DNA of 64,000 nucleotides from a virus. This document shows positions 1-8,233 of this stretch, in pieces (the stretch's first letter is position 1; every line of letters begins with the position of its first letter). A program made the translations under genes and the position numbers. The stretch covers positions 20,150-84,149 of IMG/VR virus record IMGVR_UViG_3300032331_002448, one strand, 5' to 3'. The notes under the pieces were generated by a model. It worked only from the letters and a program-made list of their open reading frames with translations, made no database searches and was not told the origin of the DNA.

Positions 1-78
1 TGCTGTTGTCACCAGAGTGCTGGTAAGCAACGGGCGATCCAGCATCATTGGCTGGCGGTTAACAGCTGTAGAACTCAA
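1..78 (-). CDS. 5' fragment of a hypothetical protein running off the window
   Basis: Open frame from TTG at 78 (MSSTAVNRQPMMLDRP...), TACAAT box upstream. Confidence 0.4.
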   Translation of the reverse strand, partial: MSSTAVNRQPMMLDRPLLTSTLVTTA

Positions 79-116
79 GGGTATCTCCGATTAATGCTAA
101 AAGTATTGTAGCGCAA

Positions 117-293
117 TCAATTACTAGGTTTTTTATTCTTTTCTTCAAGCTTGATACGCGCTTTCTTCACAGCTTCTTTCCGTTTTGCTTTATCACCTTC
201 TTTCTTTTCCTCTGGACTAACGCCTTCTTTAGCTCCATTCTTTTCTGCTTTCTCTTTGAAATGAGCAAGAAGAGCAGGCGGCATTTTAGCCAT
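117..293 (-). CDS. small Lys/Glu-rich hypothetical protein (58 aa)
   Basis: Manually translated ORF MAKMPPALLAHFKEK...KKPSN, below the track cutoff. Confidence 0.6.
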   Translation of the reverse strand: MAKMPPALLAHFKEKAEKNGAKEGVSPEEKKEGDKAKRKEAVKKARIKLEEKNKKPSN

Positions 294-330
294 TAGAGAA
301 TAACAACAAGTTGTACTTATTCTAAAGCAA

Positions 331-516
331 TCAAATCAATCTTTGCTCAGCAAAACCGTGTGTCATCATGCCAGGAACATGTACTAATTTATCAGAACCA
401 TTGGCAGATAAATTCAAAGGATTCCTATGGTGCATAACAATTCCTTTATGCGCAGCCTGGTGTTCTTTAAGGGTCTGGCCTGCCATTCTAGTTTTAGATG
501 GAACAAACTCAGTCAT
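331..516 (-). CDS. hypothetical protein
   Basis: ORF track; packs with neighbouring minus-strand genes. Confidence 0.5.
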   Translation of the reverse strand: MTEFVPSKTRMAGQTLKEHQAAHKGIVMHHRNPLNLSANGSDKLVHVPGMMTHGFAEQRLI

Positions 517-542
517 GTCTATTCAACAATTTGAATAAAGTT

Positions 543-947
543 TTATCCTTGCTTCCAGGTACCGCCGCGACCCTGTGCAACATTTTTAGTTGTAACTGCT
601 GCAGGTTTAGCGGCAGCTGGCGCAGGAGTAGTAACAGCGGTTGGTGCAGCAGCAGGAGTTGATGTTGGCATATCAACAGCTTCAGGAATTTGGACAGCAT
701 AAGCACCTTGTTGAGTATAACGGTTAGGTGCTTTTTGTGCTGAAAAAGTGCCTGGAGTTTGGCCACCAAAAATAGTTCCAGCCATGCGATTAACTGTTTC
801 TGGATTGCTAAAGTCCGCAGAACTAATGGCAGCAGAAATAAGATCTTTATTTGATCCTGAGGTAGGAACTGCTCCTGCAATGTTAAGAAGAGCTTTTGCT
901 GTTGGAACGTCTGATAGTTTCTTGCTACTTTTTCCCATAATAATCAA
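543..947 (-). CDS. Ala/Pro/Thr-rich protein, paralog of 986..1327
   Basis: Shared C-terminus VTTKNVAxxRGGTWKQG. Confidence 0.65.
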   Translation of the reverse strand: MIIMGKSSKKLSDVPTAKALLNIAGAVPTSGSNKDLISAAISSADFSNPETVNRMAGTIFGGQTPGTFSAQKAPNRYTQQGAYAVQIPEAVDMPTSTPAAAPTAVTTPAPAAAKPAAVTTKNVAQGRGGTWKQG

Positions 948-985
948 TTAAATTGAATTAATTGTTTTGAAGATAATTTAAAGTT

Positions 986-1327
986 TTATCCTTGTTTCCA
1001 GGTACCGCCGCGACTCCGTGCAACATTTTTAGTTGTAACTGTAGCAGCTTTAGTAGCAACTGCAGCAGGTTTAGCAGCAACTGTGGTAGGAGCTGCGCCT
1101 GCAGTTTGACCTGCCATTGGAGCAGCTGGCTTAGCAGCGGCTGGTGCAGGAGCAGTAACAGTAGCTGGTTTGGTAATAACAACGTTTGGCGCTGGCGTAG
1201 CAGCAGTTGGTGCAGGTTTAGCAGGAGCTGTATCGGGAGTTACACCTATGGCTTGACCTGCCATTTGAGTGGCTGGTTTAGCAGCAGCTGTAGCAGTTTG
1301 ACTTATCTTAGAGGGACTAGCACCCAT
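986..1327 (-). CDS. Ala/Pro/Thr-rich protein, paralog of 543..947
   Basis: AAKPA repeats; shared C-terminus. Confidence 0.65.
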   Translation of the reverse strand: MGASPSKISQTATAAAKPATQMAGQAIGVTPDTAPAKPAPTAATPAPNVVITKPATVTAPAPAAAKPAAPMAGQTAGAAPTTVAAKPAAVATKAATVTTKNVARSRGGTWKQG

Positions 1328-1365
1328 AATCTTATATCAATCTTTATTCAGTATAACAGGGCAAA

Positions 1366-2034
1366 TTAAACGTACTGAATGGGTTTAGATGCTGCAGCAA
1401 TAGCAGTATTTAAATAGCTTTGAGCGTTAACGGGAGAACTTAAGAGTCTTTGTACCATGTCAGCAGCTCCTGTTGGTTCTTCTTCTGGTTGCAGTTGCTT
1501 GGTTAATTGAGAAATCAATTCATTGTTCTTTTGTAAGTACGCTTTTAATTGCTCTTTGCCAGGATCTTCTGTTGTTTCTTGTGTTGTTTGTGGTTGTTGT
1601 AATTGTTCAGCACCAGGGATTGTTGCCATTAACTTTCCTTCAGGCGTTTTCCATCGGCCTGTCGCACCCCATTCAATTTGTGCAGGAGTAAAAGTTGCTT
1701 TTTTTGGATCTCCAATGGCAATGTGAACATGCTCAGAATGACCGGGATCCCCTGGGCCTAAAACTTCTGTTAATCCTGGAACAGTTTTTGCCAACTGTTT
1801 AAATCGCCAACTTAATTCACCTGTACGTGTTTTCCAATCTTTAGCAGGACCACCTTCATAGGCTGGAGCAATGTCTGGGCGCCAATCAGTAACGTCTATG
1901 GCATTGCCAGAATAATGATGAGAACCTGGCGCATGAGTACCTACCCTGCCAGAACCAAAAGCAGGATTTTCGCCAACTTTTAAACCGTATTTTTGAAATG
2001 CTCGCCCTAAATCAACAACACTTATTCCGGCCAT
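1366..2034 (-). CDS. putative zinc peptidoglycan peptidase (M15/Hedgehog-DD-peptidase-like)
   Basis: SHHYSGNAID (H-x6-D) and HVHIA (HxH) motifs; Gln-rich tail. Confidence 0.65.
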   Translation of the reverse strand: MAGISVVDLGRAFQKYGLKVGENPAFGSGRVGTHAPGSHHYSGNAIDVTDWRPDIAPAYEGGPAKDWKTRTGELSWRFKQLAKTVPGLTEVLGPGDPGHSEHVHIAIGDPKKATFTPAQIEWGATGRWKTPEGKLMATIPGAEQLQQPQTTQETTEDPGKEQLKAYLQKNNELISQLTKQLQPEEEPTGAADMVQRLLSSPVNAQSYLNTAIAAASKPIQYV

Positions 2035-2039
2035 TGTTT

Positions 2040-2708
2040 TTAAACGTAAGAGTAAGATGATTGCAACATTTGATTTGCAACGTCTTGAGGATTAACTGGT
2101 TTAGGAATAGGAATATTACTTAAACCATAAGGGTCATTATTTTGAGTAGAACTTTCTTTTCTTGATCTAACAAGTGCTTCTAAAAGTTCATTTTGCTTGC
2201 CAAGATGTTCTGTAAATGTTGCAAGAAATTCGTTGCTTGTTGGTGTTGTTTGTTGTTGTTGTTTTGGTTGACCTAATTGAGCTGCGCCTTGTGCTTGTTG
2301 AGCAAAGTTAATTGGCCCAAGAATGTTTTGAACATACTTATTTGTTTCCGCGTATTTTCTACTTGCTTCTACAGCGCCAGGGCCAGCGTTGTATGCACGC
2401 AAAGCGTTTTCATAAGCATTGCGAATTTTCTCGGGATCTGAATTATTAAACCCTCCAAAGGTACGCACATATCCTGCCATGTTTTTTGCGGCAGCATCTA
2501 ATGCAGCTGCAGGATCATCAGGATTTACGCCCCAACCTTTAGCAGTTCCTGGCATAATTTGTGCAATGCCACGAGCACCTGCAGGCGAAATTGCGTTAGG
2601 GTTAAACCCTGACTCCATTTTAATTTGACGTGTAAACACGTCAGGAAATAATCCATACTTTTGCGCTGCGCTTCTTGCAACACTTGGCCAATCTGTTTGC
2701 CTTGACAT
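2040..2708 (-). CDS. lytic transglycosylase (SLT domain), probably virion-associated
   Basis: MESGFNPNAISPAGARGIAQIMPGTA and AYNAGPG motifs; start trimmed to ATG 2708. Confidence 0.85.
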   Translation of the reverse strand: MSRQTDWPSVARSAAQKYGLFPDVFTRQIKMESGFNPNAISPAGARGIAQIMPGTAKGWGVNPDDPAAALDAAAKNMAGYVRTFGGFNNSDPEKIRNAYENALRAYNAGPGAVEASRKYAETNKYVQNILGPINFAQQAQGAAQLGQPKQQQQTTPTSNEFLATFTEHLGKQNELLEALVRSRKESSTQNNDPYGLSNIPIPKPVNPQDVANQMLQSSYSYV

Positions 2709-2718
2709 TATTTTTACC

Positions 2719-3198
2719 TCACCTAAAATCTTCCATAAACTTAATCCTGGTGCCAATAGAAACATCAGCAGGGCCAGGTAAAGCTTGAATAAATTCTGAA
2801 CCTTCTCGGTTGAATCTATAACGTGCTTGCTCTGGATTCCTATAGTTAGGAACGTATAAGTGCAATGCAAGTCGATCGGTTTCGTACAGATAAATCTGTG
2901 TCCAAGTTTTTAACGTATCTTTAAAGTCAGTGGTGCTAACTGTACGAACAACGTCACCAGCAATATTCTCTAAACGTCCTTTTGGAACTTCTGAATTATT
3001 AACACTGCCCGTCATGTCAGTGCGCTTTTCAGCTTCATCACACCGACCAATCTGTTCAATGATTTTGCTGTACCAAAAAGAGTCTTGAATATTGTTAATT
3101 GCTTCTTCTAAACGTGCTTGGTCACCAGCTGGCACCGAGGTTAAGTTATAACCAAGGTGCCAACGAACTTTAGATTGATTGAATGTATCTAGTTTCAT
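2719..3198 (-). CDS. hypothetical virion protein (possible head completion/adaptor)
   Basis: Globular ORF downstream of the capsid genes; function from position only. Confidence 0.5.
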   Translation of the reverse strand: MKLDTFNQSKVRWHLGYNLTSVPAGDQARLEEAINNIQDSFWYSKIIEQIGRCDEAEKRTDMTGSVNNSEVPKGRLENIAGDVVRTVSTTDFKDTLKTWTQIYLYETDRLALHLYVPNYRNPEQARYRFNREGSEFIQALPGPADVSIGTRIKFMEDFR

Positions 3199-3216
3199 TG
3201 CATAAATTTATTGCAC

Positions 3217-3657
3217 TTATTCGACTCTTACGAGATTTTCTGCAATAATTTCATCCCAGTCAACACGTTTAATTGACTTGAGCTGATCCAACCGCAGAAA
3301 CTTCTCGCCAGGCATCGAAGTTTGCAGATCTTTAATGTCTCTAGCTGTCTTTAATCCTACTCCAGGTAATGCGTCAGCAATCTGCCTGGCACTTGCCGTA
3401 TTGATATTCAATCGAACATCAACAGGGAACGTTTCTTTATTTGACGGTTCTGGAGGAGTAACGCCATCTTGCTTCAAGACTTCACGCAAGCGCTCCTTTG
3501 TCCGTTCTTTTTCATTGGTTGCGGAAAGATGCGGGACGAGGTTATCTTTTTCAAGATAATGAACCTCATCCTGCGCATCCACACACATTACAATTCCTTC
3601 GCCGTAATCAGCAAGGACTTCGACTAATCCGCCAGTCAGTTTGTATTGATAGAGCAT
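3217..3657 (-). CDS. helix-hairpin-helix (ComEA-like) DNA-binding protein
   Basis: LNINTASARQIADALPGVGLKTARDI. Confidence 0.75.
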   Translation of the reverse strand: MLYQYKLTGGLVEVLADYGEGIVMCVDAQDEVHYLEKDNLVPHLSATNEKERTKERLREVLKQDGVTPPEPSNKETFPVDVRLNINTASARQIADALPGVGLKTARDIKDLQTSMPGEKFLRLDQLKSIKRVDWDEIIAENLVRVE

Positions 3658-3703
3658 TTAAAGGTTAATTGCACTATCAATACATTAACTGACTCAACTT
3701 ACA

Positions 3704-4564
3704 TCAGCCGTTAACGCCAGGGCCATCGCCACCACCAATCTGGGACGGGAAGTCGATGAAGCCTTGGATCTCACGCCAGCCAGCAGCGCTAGCAGCACGG
3801 AGATAGTTAATACGGCAAACAATGTAACCGGTCTTACCGTTGGCAACGTCAGTAGCACTGATGTCCACACCAGAACCGTTAGCAGTTGTAGCAGCAGCGG
3901 TAAGCACGCTGTACACACCAAAGGTTGTAGCACTGGTCACTTTGTAGAACATCGAGCTGTAGAAGTCAGCAGCAACGATACCAGCAGAAGTAACAGAGTT
4001 AGCAAAAGGCAGAGAGCCAGCAGTAGCGTTACCGTTGGACAGAGCAGAAGTACCTTGAGCAAAGGCATTGCTAGCAGCCGTCAGGTAAGCAACAGCGTTG
4101 CCAATACCAAGAGCTTTGTTAGCGGTAGTAACGCCAGCGGGGACACCGCCGTTGTCAGGACCAAACAGAAGCAGATCGCTGGTAGTACCAACAAGATCAG
4201 CAGTCACAGGCACGCCTGGGAAACCAGGCAGAGCACCAGTGCCATAACCAACGCCAGAAGGGATGTCCTGGGCAATGGCAATAGAAGCACCGTAAATGAA
4301 CGAAGGTTGGGCGCTTGAAGCCGGAACAACCATAGAAGTCAGGTTGTCACGAACACGATCATCAACGCGACGGTCAGGGGAGGGAACCGTGATGTTGGTG
4401 AAAGTCTTAATCAAAGTTGAGGTAGTGATGGGCACATAACCAACAACTTCGTAAGCTTCAACGCCAGGCCAACCAAAAACACCTTCTTGGTTGTAACCGG
4501 AAAGACGATTGATTTGGTCGCCGGGATAAAGAACGGCACCACCACCAGTTTTGTAAGTAGCCAT
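3704..4564 (-). CDS. putative capsid decoration/minor capsid protein
   Basis: Directly after MCP, strong GGAGG RBS, Gly/Ala/Thr-rich, biased codon usage. Confidence 0.6.
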   Translation of the reverse strand: MATYKTGGGAVLYPGDQINRLSGYNQEGVFGWPGVEAYEVVGYVPITTSTLIKTFTNITVPSPDRRVDDRVRDNLTSMVVPASSAQPSFIYGASIAIAQDIPSGVGYGTGALPGFPGVPVTADLVGTTSDLLLFGPDNGGVPAGVTTANKALGIGNAVAYLTAASNAFAQGTSALSNGNATAGSLPFANSVTSAGIVAADFYSSMFYKVTSATTFGVYSVLTAAATTANGSGVDISATDVANGKTGYIVCRINYLRAASAAGWREIQGFIDFPSQIGGGDGPGVNG

Positions 4565-4581
4565 GATTTAGTTACCTCCTA

Positions 4582-5721
4582 TCAAACAATGGTGAATGCA
4601 ACGGTGCAGAAGTCCTTGTTCAGGTTCGCAAAACCAGCGTACAGCTGCCAGATCAGAATGATAAAGCGGCTGAAGTCGTCGTTGTTGTTAATGAGAACTT
4701 GAGCGTTAGGACCACCGATACCAATACCAACAGCCTGAGGACCGAAGAACAGACCAGGAGGAGTTGTATGGCTGATAGAACCGCCACCATCACCAATGTC
4801 AACAGTAGCGGTGAGATTGGTAAAGTTGGTTGACTCGAAGAAACGCACACCTTCAAACACAAAGCCGGAAGGCATGATGGGCTCGCCGCCCACAAATTGA
4901 GCTTGGCCGTACTGACCACCACCATAGATGGCTTGGTTCGGACCCATGGCGCCCATCATTGGATTGCCAGCGCCCATGCCAGGATAACGGGCAACTTCAC
5001 GGAAGCCTTGGTCAGCACGCAGATCCTTCATAAAGGAGGGATCAGCAATACAGCGGTAGTAACCATCTTGGAAGACGGGAACGTTACGCTTACGCAGACC
5101 TTTGACCACTTCCAGAAGGTCACTCTTCACGTTAAACTTATAACGCTCAGAGGCATACTCAGTAGCGGTATAGGTGCTAACCGTACCACTGGTATTGGTG
5201 TGGTTGTTCGGGTAGTAGTAACCACCTTGGGTGTCGGAGGCTTGACCACGGGAGAAGGACTTGTACAGCTCATCGAGCAGCACACGGTCACGCCAGCGGC
5301 GGTAGTCATCAAGCAGAGTCAGCGAACCGATGGACTGGTGGAACATGTTGAGGTTCCCCGTGTCCAGCAGCAGACGCTGAGCAGTCATCAGCGTTTCCCG
5401 AGCAATTTTGAAGGTGCTGGGAGCGTTGGAGTTGTTCGGGTCAGCAGGGCCGGTGTACTCACGCAGAGACACAAGCACTTTATCTTTAACAATCGAACGG
5501 CTGTTAGCAGTACCGATTGTTTGATCTTGCGTCCGCTCACGGCTCGCCTTCGTGCCAGGGTTACCCCAGAAACGATAGCGGTCTAACTGAACGGTCTGAC
5601 CGGGTTGTTTGGTGAAGTCGTGAACGACCACTGGCTCAGCGGCCATTTCCACGATATAAGCTGGATGGGGGCGGTACAGTTCCGCACCCAACAGCTTCGG
5701 GAAATCATTATCAATGAACAT
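4582..5721 (-). CDS. major capsid protein (HK97 fold, N4-gp56-like)
   Basis: 379 aa; HDFTKQPGQTVQLDRY and FFGPQAVG motifs; high-expression codon bias; position after portal and scaffold. Confidence 0.8.
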   Translation of the reverse strand: MFIDNDFPKLLGAELYRPHPAYIVEMAAEPVVVHDFTKQPGQTVQLDRYRFWGNPGTKASRERTQDQTIGTANSRSIVKDKVLVSLREYTGPADPNNSNAPSTFKIARETLMTAQRLLLDTGNLNMFHQSIGSLTLLDDYRRWRDRVLLDELYKSFSRGQASDTQGGYYYPNNHTNTSGTVSTYTATEYASERYKFNVKSDLLEVVKGLRKRNVPVFQDGYYRCIADPSFMKDLRADQGFREVARYPGMGAGNPMMGAMGPNQAIYGGGQYGQAQFVGGEPIMPSGFVFEGVRFFESTNFTNLTATVDIGDGGGSISHTTPPGLFFGPQAVGIGIGGPNAQVLINNNDDFSRFIILIWQLYAGFANLNKDFCTVAFTIV

Positions 5722-5825
5722 GTTGGTTATTCAGCGTAAGGGTTAGCTGATACCAGGAAGAAGCTCCTGGATTGACCACAACTAACTGTGATCAAAAACC
5801 TGGAACTTCAGTCCCATTAAATAAA

Positions 5826-5834
5826 ATTATAGCA
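5826..5834 (-). promoter_or_regulatory. extended -10 promoter upstream of the capsid gene
   Basis: TGCTATAAT on minus strand, no clear -35. Confidence 0.55.
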
Positions 5835-5867
5835 AGCACTTACTTACCTGAATTAATAACAGTGGTA

Positions 5868-6131
5868 TCAGAACCCACCAATTACATTTCCAGGATTGTA
5901 GTAGTTGGGATTTACTGGTCCCATGCGATGGTATGGATTGTACATGCCATCAGCAGGTTGTAAATCAGATCGCTCACCTAAACCAATGCCAGCAACTTCA
6001 GGCATTAAACCTGCAGCACCCATTCCCATTTGCCCTTGCATTAATGCCTGAGCCATTGCAGATTGTTGCTTTGCTTCAGTAACTCGTTTAGCTTTTTTCT
6101 TTGCAGCTTTTGCTTTATTGGTGTCCATCAA
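5868..6131 (-). CDS. hypothetical protein
   Basis: ORF track; operon packing. Confidence 0.6.
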   Translation of the reverse strand: MMDTNKAKAAKKKAKRVTEAKQQSAMAQALMQGQMGMGAAGLMPEVAGIGLGERSDLQPADGMYNPYHRMGPVNPNYYNPGNVIGGF

Positions 6132-6619
6132 CCCCTCCTGTACATTGCAGCTTGTTGTGCCATTTGATCAGCTTGCGTCATTGGCAGGTTGCCACGAGGA
6201 ATCATCATGCCAGACATCATCTGTTGTTCGTTTGCCATAATTGCATCTTGAACAATTTGAGCACGGCGTGTTGAGTTAGCTGCAAGCATTCCCATTGGTC
6301 CCAAAGGAGAACCTGGCTGATTTAAATGCAAATAACCAGCTTGTAAATCATCTGCTAATGGAGAACCTTGTCCCATCACAGGAACAGCACCAGCAGGGCC
6401 AGGCATTGCTGTAGATGCAGATACAGTATTAATGCCGCCTAATGCTGGCCCAGACATCCGTTGCATAGCTGGATTATGCGGAAGGTTAGCGGCAGCAACA
6501 GTTTGAGCAGCACCAGAAGACAATGAATGGCCAAGAGCACCTAAGATCCCAGAGGACGTTGGCCCTTGAATGAAAGAACTAATGCGGTCCCTGATTGGTT
6601 GTTTAGAAGCTTGAGTCAT
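6128..6619 (-). CDS. hypothetical Ala/Gln/Met-rich protein
   Basis: ORF track; operon packing. Confidence 0.6.
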   Translation of the reverse strand: MTQASKQPIRDRISSFIQGPTSSGILGALGHSLSSGAAQTVAAANLPHNPAMQRMSGPALGGINTVSASTAMPGPAGAVPVMGQGSPLADDLQAGYLHLNQPGSPLGPMGMLAANSTRRAQIVQDAIMANEQQMMSGMMIPRGNLPMTQADQMAQQAAMYRRG

Positions 6620-6633
6620 TGTTTTAATAATAA

Positions 6634-7098
6634 TCAGTAACGAATCATTTGCGCTGCAATGTTACTAGCAGCAGCAAAAGCTGGGGACTGCATCATGGCA
6701 GCTTGTTGTTCTTGTGCTTGTTTTTTTCTTTGTTGAATTGCTGCATAACCTAACGCAGCACCTCCACCTGCAAGTGCTAAGCTTCCTGCAAGTCCAAGCC
6801 CACCACCAGGGAATCCAGAAACTGCTTGAGCAACATTTTGACCAAACTGACTTTGGCCAATATTTTGCGCAGCTCCTGCAATGTTTTGACCAAACTGACT
6901 TTGACCGATATTTTGCGCGACCTCTGCAACTTTTTGCCCTGCAGCACTTTGCTTCATGCTACGAGATTTATTTTTTAAAAAATTCTTTGCTGCATCACGC
7001 GCTGACCGTCGTTTACCAATAACTTCTGCAGTGACATCAACTGTCTGACCAGCAGCCCCTGGACCAGAAGCTCCCATCCATGGATCTGGAATGTTCAT
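6634..7098 (-). CDS. hypothetical protein with duplicated AQNIGQSQFGQN and a Gly/Ala hydrophobic segment
   Basis: ORF track. Confidence 0.6.
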   Translation of the reverse strand: MNIPDPWMGASGPGAAGQTVDVTAEVIGKRRSARDAAKNFLKNKSRSMKQSAAGQKVAEVAQNIGQSQFGQNIAGAAQNIGQSQFGQNVAQAVSGFPGGGLGLAGSLALAGGGAALGYAAIQQRKKQAQEQQAAMMQSPAFAAASNIAAQMIRY

Positions 7099-7143
7099 CT
7101 TAAATGCTCAATATAGTTATTGTATTTCAGCTAAACCTGTAAT

Positions 7144-7168
7144 AAAAAAGGGCAGAATAAACTGCCCT
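7144..7168 (-). terminator. intrinsic terminator after the scaffold-like gene
   Basis: AGGGCAG/CTGCCCT stem followed by a T-run on minus strand. Confidence 0.65.
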
Positions 7169-7210
7169 ACTCGGATTCTTAATAAACGTAGTTTACTTAG
7201 ATTCTTGATA

Positions 7211-8233
7211 TCATTCCATAACCAGAAGTTTCTGGCGGAACACATCAGGGTTGCTAGAAGCTTGGTTAAGATAGCGCCAGGCATTAGCAGGATCACGCTC
7301 AGCCAGAGCGCCAAAGCTATCCCAGAAAGCAGCAGGATTACCCTGGGCTTGAGGTTGGGGAGGCACCGGCATTTGAGGACGCTCAAACTGTTGTTGCTCT
7401 GGACGAGCAATTGAACGGTAACCAGTGCTCACGCCTTGAGGAGCGTAACCAACTTCATCGGGAATCGGATAAGGACCATTCTCACCGAAGAACTGACAGG
7501 TGTAATCAGCAAGAATGTCTGGATCCGTCAGGATAGCTTCGTAAGCGCGATGCTCATTACCAAGCTCTTGGAGTAAGCTAACGGCCTCAATCAATTGATC
7601 GTTGGTAACAATCAGATGATTCTCAAGTTCGCAAGCATAGTTATTGAGGGCCTGAGGAGCATCAGGGCCAAAATAATCAATAACTTCAAGGCTTGCTGGG
7701 CTTACCCCGTTTGCCAGGAGCTGTTCCTGGCTGATTGCCAGTGAAGTTGGGGAATAGCTGTTGGAGTAACCCTGGTTGCTGCTGATTCCAGGCGTAAAGG
7801 TCTGCTGACCCGGATACACGCTGTTGTTGCTGTACGGGGAATACGCCTGGGAATTGTAATTGGCCGGGGCGATTTGTTCGATCGCTTGTGATTGTTGACC
7901 CTGGAACGGGAATTGGACCGGCGAACTCAGGAGTCCCACCACCCGGTTGAATGCCTCCTTGTAAGGATTCTCCGATGGCTGCGGGGCTGCTGGTTGGTAA
8001 GCCTGGGGATACGACTGAGTAGGGCTGTATTGGGGTTGCTGGACCCCCATCTGGGCCTGCATTTGCGGGGCTGGGGCCACCGCTGCCTGGTAAGGCGCCA
8101 CCCATTGCGGCGTTGTAGCCACTGAAGGAGCTTGAGCTGCCGTCTGCTGAGCTACCGGCGCCGCGTAACTGGTCGGCTGGGTCTGGTAAGACTGGGGTGC
8201 CGATTGGATCGGCGCTGCGGTATCTGCCTGCAT
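7211..8233 (-). CDS. putative scaffolding protein (Gln/Pro-rich N-terminus)
   Basis: AGAGGT RBS before ATG; lies between portal and MCP; helical acidic C-half. Confidence 0.6.
   Translation of the reverse strand: MQADTAAPIQSAPQSYQTQPTSYAAPVAQQTAAQAPSVATTPQWVAPYQAAVAPAPQMQAQMGVQQPQYSPTQSYPQAYQPAAPQPSENPYKEAFNRVVGLLSSPVQFPFQGQQSQAIEQIAPANYNSQAYSPYSNNSVYPGQQTFTPGISSNQGYSNSYSPTSLAISQEQLLANGVSPASLEVIDYFGPDAPQALNNYACELENHLIVTNDQLIEAVSLLQELGNEHRAYEAILTDPDILADYTCQFFGENGPYPIPDEVGYAPQGVSTGYRSIARPEQQQFERPQMPVPPQPQAQGNPAAFWDSFGALAERDPANAWRYLNQASSNPDVFRQKLLVME

Noticed and set aside
3764-5586. Long plus-strand ORFs opposite the capsid genes
   Set aside because: Antisense shadows caused by strong codon bias
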